DNA from: Octopus sinensis
Taxonomy: Eukaryota
Assembly: GCF_006345805.1 (NCBI RefSeq)
Contig: NC_043012.1
Span: forward strand, 3,968,001 to 4,032,000
DNA: 64,000 bases
Direction of reading: 5' to 3'
Shown piece after piece: positions 26,843 to 38,800 of the stretch. The position numbers and the translations under genes were made by a program. The notes under the pieces are model-generated. The model made no database searches, was not told where the DNA came from, and worked only from the letters and a program-made list of their open reading frames with translations. Position 1 is the stretch's first letter, and each line of letters starts with the position of its first letter.

Positions 26843-29800
26843 GTTAAGTACGATCTGTTGGATATATAATGTGACAAAACTCGAAACTGAGTTGTTAAAT
26901 TATGAAGCTTAAGTTACAACAAGAAACAACCTTGTTCACATGAAAGGTCGAGTTGACCAATCAGCAGCCAGATTTCACCTGACAGGTTTTTCTAGATCTT
27001 TCTGGAACGTCTCAATACAAGGGTTATTATATAAAGGTTGTTTTTAGCACCATCTTTCAGAGTGCTTAGTAACCTGCAGTCCAGCTCCACACACACTCTT
27101 GCCGTTTATAATAGACATTTTAATGACTTTCTGTTCAACATACTTGACCGATATGAAGCTAGTGTATATATTTTCTTCAGTCTTGACAAACTTTAGTACA
27201 GAGCTTTTGTAATCAACTATTTATGAACACTACTGAATTATTCCTTCAATTGTGCTCACTTACAGTGGAACTTTATAATTCATGACTTACCTTAATATTA
27301 CTTATGCGGTAAAATAAAAGTTATTATTAAATGTTTGTTTGGTGCTGTTACATCATTCACACACAGCCTTGTGTGCGTAATATCCAAGCACGAATAACAT
27401 TAAGCAGTATGAAAGGTAGACAGTGACTACAGTTAGGGACTGGACATTAAAAAAACTGTTCACCAATTGATGTAGGACCATCATAAGGTCTGGTTCTTAT
27501 TTCCATGTGGTGGGTTATATACCTCAATAACCCTGAGAGCTATGCCAGTGGAGTACAAGCTCCTTGTAAGGACCTCCCATGCTGGACAGGTCAAAGGATA
27601 GATGCCAAACTAATATGGATCGACACTTCCCAGAAGTAAAAATGGGTTAACACAGGACCAACATCCCTACTAGAAAAAAAACAGTTACAGAAGCATTGAT
27701 GACAATTCGAAACTAACAAGATCTGGGGGAGGCAGGTCTTCTTTCAGAGAAACATATGAACCCACAAGGGAGTCAGAAGAGGGGCAAAAAAAAAACAGGG
27801 AGCCAACTGGAAAGAAGCAGAAAATAGTCCAACATCAAGAACAGTAGAGAAAATTTTCAGAAGGGAAGAAACTTTTCTTTCTTCTCTCTGTACATGCATT
27901 AACCCTTTTGATACCAACCTGGCTGAAACCGTCTCTGGCTCTGTAGTACAAATGTCTTGTTTTCATAAATTTTGAATTAAAATCTTCCACCAAACTTTAG
28001 TCACAATTTATGTTCCTAACACTGGCTTAATGATAACCAAGTTATTTTACTAAATTCTTTGTTATATTTAAAATTAATTGAAATAAACACAGAGCATCTC
28101 AGCAGAAATATGGTAACAAAAGAATTAAATGTTTATGTATGAAGGCTGAAAAGAAACAAGTTGAACATACTTTGCAGGATGTGCAATGTAAGAGTGAATG
28201 AATAACAGAGCATGAATGAGCTCTTCTCTTACACACTACATCTGATTTCTGTGTATAAGAGGAATCAGATGTGGTTTGTGAAAAAGGAGACTACACTGGT
28301 ATGGACATGTGATACATAAGAAGGAAGACAGTTGTGAAAAGAAATGCCAAGGGATCCAAGTGGAAGAAACTCGTAGAAGAGAAAGGCCAAAGAAGGTACA
28401 GGCAGAAATAATGAAAGCTGATCCCTGGATGACAAATCTCACAAAAGAGATGACAAATAACCTAAAACAAATGGCAAATAACTGTGCTGGAGTAGATCCA
28501 TCCAACCTGTGTAAGCATGGAAAAATGGATGTGGTGAAGAAATGTTGGCAACCGGCAGAAGCATTAGAGCTTAAGTCAAGAGGTTTAGCGGTATTATTTC
28601 CAACTCTTTGTCATTCAAATTCTGCAGAGGTCAACTTTGTTTTACATTTTCCCAGGGTTGCACCCTCTCCTCAAAATTGTTGGCCTTGTACCAAAATTAG
28701 AAAGAAAGGAAGAAGAAGAACAACAACAACAACAACTGCTGGAAATGAAAAGAAACAAGAATACTCACTTTATATAAGAGTTGATAGCACCGTGAAAATC
28801 ATTTCGAGCGAATAGATAATTTCCTCGTTCTTTTTTGACAGATCTATAAAATGAAAAAGATGAAAATTAAAAAATGGGAGAATAAAAAAAATTTAAAAAA
28901 ACATATAAATATTGTATGAATGACATGAAATGTACTGCTTTTTTTTTTTGGCTTTTTTTTCTGCATCTTGAATCTGTTGCTAACACAACATCACATTTGA
29001 TATTCTTTGTCCTGGTCTTCAGGTGATAGATGTTAGCACAGCTCAAGAGTAACATCTGAAGACAATGTGATAGAATATCGATCTAAACACTGCATCAGCA
29101 CCGTCCAGCATGAGGTAAAGTAGCTCAGAAGGATCAGCTGAAGGTGGCTGGGTAGAATAGTAATTGAAATGTCATGTGAAGAAATAAAGATCAGAATAAA
29201 AAAAAAAAAATCATCTCAGAAAGATATAAACATGAAATGTTGTTGAGATGATATCAGAGGAATTATGATGATCAGATTCACTGAAGGAGCCTTAAGACTG
29301 CTAGCAACCAAAATATATCCTTTTCTACTCTAGGCACAAGGCCCAAAATTTTGGGAGAGGAGGCCAGTCGGTTAGATTGACCCCAGTATGCAACTGGTAC
29401 TTAATTTATCAACCCTGAAAGGATGAAAGGCAAAGTCAACCAAAATATAGTGACACTGTGGCATGTAAGATACAGGCAGGATTTCATAGCTAAGTAATCT
29501 CATTAATGATGTCACTATTCATCTTGGTGGGATTCTTCTACTCTTTTAGCTGTTTTGGTCACTGGACCATGGCCATGCTGGGGCACTTCGTTTGAAAGGT
29601 CTTTATTGGTCACATTGACCTCCAGTATTCGTTTTTAAGTTTGGTATTTATTTTAACCATTGCTGTTTGTTGCCTCACTAGGTTACACGGTATAAACAGA
29701 CACCACCTTTTTTCAAAGACAGACAAATGCAAACACACCCACTCACACATTCACACACAAAGGGCCGCAACACAATACTCTTGTGAGTATTCATGCTGTC

Positions 29801-32800
29801 CAAGGATGCAAAGGAACCTCAATTTCCTGGGAATCAATACAACCAAGAATCATCTCAATAATTTTCTAAACAGGCAACATGCAAAAGAACTGGAAGCTGT
29901 CAGGCAAGACTGCATGGGACAGGAGAATTTGGGAGGGCCATATTTTGATGTAGGGAGTAGCTAATAAACTAAGAAGCAGCAATCAAATGGCACCAATGCC
30001 ATACTCACGCATGGAGAAGCCTTTCATCTAGTGGTATGAAACTGTAATTTGGTCCTGGTTCTTTGTCGAGTAGTTCCAGGGTGTAAACAATGGCTGTATT
30101 ACTTGGTACATCAGGAAATCTAAAATATATCACAAAAGACAGTTGGTAATACAAATCAGAAAATACACAACAAAAAAATGAATCCTCAATTCCTCCATCA
30201 TTTACACACAATATCCTATTGTAGACTACTGTGTAGATAGAGTAAAGATGATATAGTAACTATACCAATGGATCAAGTATTGGACTATCAGATAACAGCT
30301 TTGTGAATTCAAGTCTATAGCAAGTAACTTGTTGTGTTACTAAGACAGTACACTAAACTCAATGTACCTTATCTTATCACAGCTGTTCAGACTAAGAACC
30401 TGATATTACTTAAGATAAACCAACATTCAATTCAAGGCAAATGGGATTTATTTCTCATTCAATTAACATACTGCCTCTTATGACTCCTTGAAGATCAGGG
30501 AGACATTTATTTCTTGGATTACAAAGTAACCGTCTCCTTAATTTAGTCTTAACAAACTCCTTTAGATTAATAGTTTCTACCATTTAATATAATCCTCAGC
30601 ATACTTCTTCTTTGAAAGATGTACCATACCATGGTACTTCTTTTAACGTCTTTCATCAATGCTATCAATCAAACCATATATACATCGTCAAACACTCCTC
30701 AACCCTTGTTCTTCATTATATTTTCCCCTTCAAATATTCCCCAACTCCAACCATCCCTCACTCTCCCCATATACTCTTGCAAACTCTACTTACCTTAACT
30801 TCTTGTTCTGTCCCCACTCACATCTAGTGACCGTCTTGTACCTCCAGGGTCCACCAATGCTTCATTGCTATTTTAAATCTCTTTCCAGCCCCACCCCCAG
30901 TTACTCCCACCCACTCTTCTATAATGTGAGTCACAATGTAATTCCTCTACAGCAAGAAACCTATCCTGTTGTGCTATTTTTAAGACAATACAATGAGATC
31001 TGAAGGAGATATGGAAGCTATTTCAAGCATAAATTTCAGATCAGAGGTCTAGAACTTAAATTACTCAGCCCTAGTAGGGTAGTTAAAGTGCCACACTGCT
31101 GAATCAATGAGTTACAAAATAATACCTGAACCAATTTATGTTAAACTTACCTGCCTTGGCTTCCATAAGCATATTTAGCATCACATTTTAATTCAGCAAC
31201 TTCATTTATTTCCATCAAGGCAACAGCGATATCCCAACCTAAAATACAGCGTTTAAACAACAGAAATTTTAAAAAAGAGAAAAAAAACAAACATTATTTA
31301 CATTTGACAGATATTTGTCCTAATCTTGTTTGTTGTTAACATTTTGGCTGATACACACTCCAGCCTTCATCAGATGTCTTGGAGAAATTTCGAACCTGGG
31401 TTCTCATTCCTAAGGTATTTTTCGATATTATTATTCAGGTCACTGCCTGGAATTGAACCCGGAATCTTGGGGTTAGTAGCCCGTGCTCTTAACCACTACG
31501 CCATATGCCCACGGGCATATGGCGTAGTGTTCGATTCCAGACAGTGACCTGAACAACAACAACAACAACATCATCATCACCACCGCCACCGCCATCACCA
31601 CCACCATCGAAAAATACCTTAGGAATGAGAACCCAGGTTCGAAATTTCCCCAAGACACCTGATGAAGGCTGGAGGGTATATCAGCTGAAACGTAGTGTTA
31701 ACAACAAACAAGATGAGGACAAATATCCGTCAATTGTAAATAATGTAAATAATGCAAACATTTCTTGAATCAAATAATATCAGAAGTGAAGCTTTTTTCC
31801 ATTCTATGTTGTGTAAGAAATAAAGCATAGGTAAGCAATACATAAATACATATTCATTATACATACACACACACACAAATAAGACATATCACCTGGCACA
31901 AAGCCACTTCCTGTGGTTTCACTCCTTCTCCCAGCTGAAAGGTCTTTGTCTCACAAGTTACTTGGTGACCCTACTGGAATTGGGAGCCATGTAAAAAGCA
32001 CCAGTGCTGGTGCCACATAAAAAAAGCACCAGGTACATGCTATAAAGTGGTTAGTGTTAGGAAGGACATTCAGCTGTAGAAACCACACCAAAGTAGACAA
32101 TGGAACCTGATACAGCTCTCCAGCTTGCTACCTTCTGTGAAACCATCCAGCCCATGGCAGCATGAAAGACAGACATTAAATGATGATGATGTTTGTGCGT
32201 GTGTATATATATATATACACACACACACACGTGAAAGGGCACCATTCGAGCGTGATCATTACCAACGTCACTTCACTGGCACGTGTAAAAAGATTCGAGT
32301 GAGGTGATTGCCAGTACTGCCTGACTGGCCCCCGTGCCGGTGGCACGTAAAAAGCACCCACTACACTCTCAGAGTGGTTGGCGTTAGAAAGGGCATCCAG
32401 CTGTAGAAACTCTGCCAGATCATGACTTGAGCCCGGTGCAGCCATCTGGTTTGCCAGCCCTCAGTCAAAATCGTCCAACCCATGCTAGCATGGAAAGCGG
32501 ACGTTAAACGATGATGATGATATATATATAATTAATCCAAACATGAACAAAGAGAAAACACAACAATGCGAGGACGTGGAATAAGTATAGTGTCATTGGA
32601 CGCTCAGGAAAGGAAAGAAAGAAGGAGGATTTCACGTTTCGAGCGGAGCTCTTCATCATATTAAATACCTATAATTTGATCCCATAAAAGCACCTGTGCT
32701 GGTACCATATAAAAAGCACCTGTGCTGGGATCACATGCAAAGCACCCAGAACACTCTGCAAAATGGTTGGCATTAAGAAGGGTATCCAGCTGTAGAAGCC

Positions 32801-35800
32801 ATACCAAAGAAAACAACTGGAGCCTGGTGCAGCCCTACAGCTCGCCAGATCCTGTCAAACCATCCAACCCATGGTAGCAGGAAAACAGATGTTAAATGAT
32901 GATGATGACGATGATTTGTAATTTACATTTATGAAAACAAAATTGAGAAAAGAAACCAAATTACCTGAGATCACATCACCGTCACCTAATATAAATGAAA
33001 TACTTTCATTTTTGTCAATTACTGTTCCATCAGGTAGCAAACCTTCTGTCTTTAAAGTAACCTTTTGACCCTGTAAAGGTCGAGTCAACACTCCATCTCC
33101 TTTTTTAACAATCTAAATTAATGGAAAATATTTTTAAAATTAGAAAAAAGAACATAATTTAAAAAACAAATACATAAAAAGAAACATTTATTTTTCATGT
33201 TTCATAAATTTATAAGCAAAATTATTATTTTTTTTTTCTGGTTGGGTGCTCAAAAAATGTTTTGTTTAGTTCTAGGTCAACCCTGACAGAAGGGATTTAT
33301 AATCAAAAAGCGTGTTCTTGCCATGACCATCCTGTCTTTTACAAACATAAAGAGAAAAAAATGCCATAAAATGTACCCAATCCATCTCTTACTTGTTTCA
33401 ATCAGTAGACAGTGGCCATGCTGGAGCACCGCCTTGAAGAATTTTTAGATGAATGCATTGACCTTAGTACTTTCTTTTTTTCAAGCCTGGTACTTATTCT
33501 ATCAGTCACTCTTGCCAAACTGCTAGGTTACGAAAACGTAAAGACACCAACTACAATTGTCAAGTGGTAGTGAGGGACAAACACAGACACAAAGTCACAC
33601 AAACAGATACATATATATGTATGTATGAATGTATGTACATATGACAGGCTTCTTCTGGTTTCCATCTACCAAAACCACCCCCAAGGCTTTGGTCAGCCTG
33701 AGGCTATAGTAGAAGACATTTCCCCAAGTAAGATTGAACCTGAAACCTTATGGCTGGGAAGCAAGCTTCTTACCACACGGTCATGCCTGTATATAAATTT
33801 AGAAATTTAATATCAAAAATAATCAGAAGCAAAATTAGTGAGGTAGCATTACATTTGTGGGATCTGTTCAATTTGGCACACAGATTTTTTTTTTTTTTTT
33901 TTTTTTTCTGTACTTGTTTCAGTCATTTGACTGCGGCCATGCTGGAGCACCGCCTTTTAGAGTGGTGAAAGAGTACAGCAGGGATCACCACCTCCTGCCG
34001 GAGCCTCGTGGAGCTTTTAGGTGTTTTCGCTCAATAAACACACACAACGCCCAGTCTGGGAATCGAAACCGCGATCCTCTGACCGCAAGTCCGCTGCCCT
34101 AACCACTAGGCCATTGCGCCTTTAATTAATTTTTTTTAAACTAAACAGTTTGAAACTTTGTATACTGGTGGAATTTTTCACCCAGAACACAGTTTACTTT
34201 GAACATTTCTGACAAAATTTCGTATTTTAGAATAAATAAATTAAAATAACTGTTGAAACAAAGCAGTAGCTTTGAAAGATGTAAAAACTAATACAAAAAC
34301 TTCATTACCTGTGGCTATGAAATACCATGTATAGCAAAGACATTAATTGCAAGTGTTAATTCTTTTAGCATGATGGTGATGTGTGGTTATGAATTATACT
34401 ATTTAAAAGCGGTTATCTAATTTGAATTATTAAATTGCGGAGATGTACTTGCATAGCAAGTGACCTGATCTGAGATCATGTGCTGGAACGAAAACAATTG
34501 CAGCGTGGAAGATGTTTAGAACCCACATGGAATTATTAAATGCTTAAGTTATATTAGAGACATATGCTAGGAAACAAAACAGACCTTTGGTATGCACCTT
34601 TATAATAAAAGTATGGATGTGGAGAAAGAGGTATATTGTTTACAGTACAAAATTTAAACTTAGACATAGAATTTGCCAAAAAGAACAATAATTGTGTTGC
34701 TAGTAGGAAATTTGGTGTAGAAGAGAGCAATGTTAGTCTACTAAGAAAGAACAAAGCCCAACAGCAGAATATGCCAAACAGCAAACCGTCTATGAAAAGA
34801 AAGCATCTTCACAATCCAGAATTAGCTGAATGGGTTAGAACAGGGTGCAATTGCGCTCATATGCCTATTTTATTGTGCCCACAGGCTGGTATACTTGTAT
34901 GTACAAAATATAGTAAATTTTCAATTATAAAATTCAGATAATATTTGTATGCCTATTTGTGACATAGGTCGCGTTTCCACTACGACTTAAAACGGTTAGG
35001 CTTGAACAGAAAATCATCCAGTGATTGCCATTTGAATGGAAATTTTGTCTTCTCTATAAAACACATATTGCTAGACTACCTCATAAGTAATATAAACGTC
35101 CTAAATTCAGTGGTGGCATTACTGAAGATGTTACACATTAATTTAATGTCTTAAACTTATCTCTTTTAATGTATCTTGAATTATACAAAGATATATACAA
35201 GATTTACACAGTTATAAGAATTAGAACTTTTGATCTGCCCGCAGACCTTTTTTGTTGGAATTTTCTGCCTGCTGCACTAAAAAGTTTCCCCACCCCTGGG
35301 TTAGAAGAAATAAGAAAAAATAACCATGCCAGTGGCACATAAAAGGCACCATTTGAGTGTGACCGTTACCAGCGTTGCCTTACTGGCACTTGTGCCCCGT
35401 GCTAGTAGGGTGCCAAAAGCACCATCCGAGCATGATCGTTACCAGAGCGGCAAACTGGCTTCCATGCCGGTGGCACGCAAAAAGCACCATTCGAGCGTGA
35501 TCGCTACCAGCGTCGCCTTACTGGCATCTGTGCCGGTGGCACATAAAAGCACCCACTACACTCCCGGAGTGGTTGACATTAGGAAGGGCATCCAGCTGTA
35601 GAAACTCTGCCAGATCAAGATTGGAGCCTGGCGCAGCCATCTGGTTCGCCAGACCTCAGTCAAATCGTCCAACCCATGCCAGCATGGAAAGCGGACGTTA
35701 AACGATGATGATGATGATGAAATGTATTGTAACAACATTGGGTATAAAGCTACAAGCAAAGAAAAGCTAAAGCTATAAAAATGGCTGGAGTTATTTGAAG

Positions 35801-38800
35801 AATCTAATGTGGAAGCAGCTTTTAATGGTTCTTTTTTTAAGAGACGAACTCATTTTATGAATAATGACTTTTTTTTTCTTTTTACCTGTGCTACAGTCTT
35901 TACTTAATAGCTTTTAAGCAAAAGGTACAGAAAAAAGCAGCAATTAAGCAAGTTTTAATGTTTGTGCTTTATGTGTTGTTTTGTTTTTTTCTTTGTAAAG
36001 GTGTGCAGCTTAGTGGTTAAGGCAGAGCTGGCCAACCTGAGGCCCGCTTGATACTTTCTTGAAATGGGTTCATTTAAACAAACATTTCAAAAATTTTATC
36101 AAAAATTGAAGATTGTAATGAAAAGTAAAAAAGAAAAATACTACTGTTTTTGCAACGATAATATTTCATGTCGAATCAACGATCATTCGTTCATTATTGT
36201 AACAATAGCATGAGAATTAGTGCATAAAGTATACAAGCAGCCCTCAAAAAACTTTCTGTGATTAAAGTGGCCTGCAATGTAATTGGAGTTGGCCAGGCCT
36301 GGATTAGGCTATTTGGCTCATGAGCCTCAGGTCATGAACTCAATTCCTGGGAGTGCTTTGTGTCCTTAAGCAAGACACTTTATTTCATGTTGCTCCAGTC
36401 CACTCAGCAGGCAAAAATTTGTTGTACCAGTAATTCAAAGAGCCAGCCTTATCACATTCTGTGTTACATTGACTCTCCCTGAGAACAATGTTAAGAGAAC
36501 TCTTAATGCATATTTACAGAGTGTTCAGCCACTTGCACATTAATTTCATGAGCAGGCTGTTTCATAGACTGGAACACTAGTTGTTGTAAATGACAGAGTG
36601 TCAGTTTTTTTATGTGTTTTAAAATTTGCAATGATATGTTGGTTTCTTAAAAAATATAAATAACTATGGCAGTATTTAAAGGACTGCATAATACAAGAGG
36701 ATAGACTATATTAGTGCTAATTGCATTGTATTCAAGATCACATTATACTCCAATAAATTTTGTTTGTAACGTCTCAATGGTATGTATGTTTATAACTAGA
36801 GCAGAAAATGTAAGATACAAAGAAACTGTGTAATGATGACAAAATTAGTTATCAACCAGGCTAAATTTAATAACACACCTGTGTATTCTGATTATTTAAA
36901 AGTTCACTCTTCAAAACAGTAGGTCATAGAAAATAAGTACCAGTCAAGATCTGAGGTTGATATAATTAACTATGCCCTTCCCTTGAGCCCCTGTTATAAG
37001 TAAATCTTTAATTGCACAAACTGAATATTTATTGTTAACTAACACGGAAATATATAAATATACAGGCAAAGGTTCCAGGTTCAATCTCACTGCACGGAAT
37101 CTTAGGCAAGTGTCTTCTACAACAGCCTCAGACCAACCAATGCCTTCTGGGTGAATTTAGTAGATGAAAACTGAAAGAAGCCTCTTATATATATACACAC
37201 ATCATCATGATTTTACGTCTGTTATCCATGCTGGCATGGGTTGGATGGTTTGACTGGGCCTGCATGCTGGAAGGCTGTGCCAGGCTCCAGTCTGATTTGG
37301 CATGGTTTTCTATGGCTGGATGCCCTTCCTAAGGCCAACCACTCTGAGAGTGTAATGGGTGCTTTTTATGTGCTATTTGCATGACACCAGTATCTGCCAT
37401 GCAATTTTGCTTGGCTTGATGAATTTTCTTCTCAAGTGCAACATAACGCCTCCAAGAGGCCCAACCCTTGAAAGGAACTTGGCCACTTTGCCTCCACGGG
37501 GCCCAATACTTGAAAGGAACTCAGCCACCTTGCCTCCGTGAGGCCCAACACACAAAAGAAATTCAGCCACTATGCTACCAATATATATATATACATATAT
37601 ACAAGGGGGTGCTGTAAAGATTTGAGCTTTAAGGGTATTGCGAAAGATCTGGTTGGAGGTCCAGCCTTCTGAAGAATCAAATGAGAAATCAGCTTTTGAT
37701 GGTTCATTTTTGCTTTCTTAAGAGATATACAGGGCTTAGAAAAACCGAAAGACCGCTGCAATACGTGTATGAATCTGAGTGGGCCAATCAAAACCTTGTG
37801 AGTGGATTTGGAAAGCATAAACTGAAAGGAGCTCATATACATGTGTGTGTGTGTGTGTGTGTTCCCACCACCCACTTGACAGTTGGTGTTGAAATAGTTT
37901 TCTTTTCTGGAATAGACAATATCTAGTCCATGTGTGAACAAGACAATATTTAGTCCATATGCTGCATGAATAATATATCAAGATCAGATCTGAGAAACCA
38001 CCCAACCATATTCTTTTGAGTTCTAGCCATTATATTTCTACCTTTGCAACCATTTCCCGTCTGCAGGAAAAGTTCTCAACCCATACTGGCTTCCGAGGTT
38101 TCTCCAAGAGTTTAGAAAATCTTGGAACTCAGAGGATAAAAATTAGTTTGTTTTTTTTTGAAAAGTTTGTAAAACTTGTCTCAAGTTTGAAAATATATAT
38201 GGTTGTTGTTTAGTCCTAGGTAATATCCATCAAATAGACCTATGATCAATGGAATTCCAGCAGTGACCATCCCATTTGTTTAAGGATATCTAGAACTACT
38301 ACATCATCTAATGTATCCTCCTAATTTAACAGGGTAGGATTCAAGTTAAGGAAGATTTGACTACTATTTCTATAAAACAAAATAACCACACATAGGTTCT
38401 ATTGTTGGCTCGTAGTTGAAGATGCACATTAAAACAGATGGCAATTATTATTAGAAATTATGTAATTTCATTTTTAACTTGATGTTGCATTAAAATTTTT
38501 TAAAAAAAGCATCATAAAAAGAAAACAAACAATGAATGGACTCAGAGTTCCAAGTAAACAATTCCTTACCGATTTCGTAAGCAATCCATTGCCTAAAATA
38601 TCCATTGGTTCATTTGAAACATTTTCTTCAACAGTCTCTGAAATATCTTTTTTATCAGCTTTTGAATCATTAATATTTTCACCCACAGCTTGTGCAAGCG
38701 AATCAATATTTTCACTTTTGTTCAAAATTTTGTCCTCATTTTGGGACAGTCTATCTTTAGCAGTTTCATCTGAAAGCCCTTCTGCTTGTGAAACATTTAT

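Noticed and set aside
28309-28815. 168-aa plus-strand ORF
   Set aside because: A chance fusion of an RTE fragment, a SINE and the antisense of FKBP8 exon 5.
31435-31510. tRNA genes at SINE heads (also 1135, 23198, 34122, 62040)
   Set aside because: A and B boxes are present but there is no proper acceptor stem, and each continues into a repeat body.
10566-38569. U12-type introns in FKBP8, given the SNRNP35 neighbour
   Set aside because: All nine donors are U2-type (GTAAGG, GTAATT, GTAAGT, GTGAGT, GTGAGT, GTAAAT, GTAAGT, GTGAGG, GTAAAT); none is RTATCCTT.
38474-38569. Hydrophobic C-terminus of the 294-aa ORF as a membrane anchor
   Set aside because: It is read-through past the donor at 38569 into T-rich intron; there is no evidence for a retained-intron isoform.
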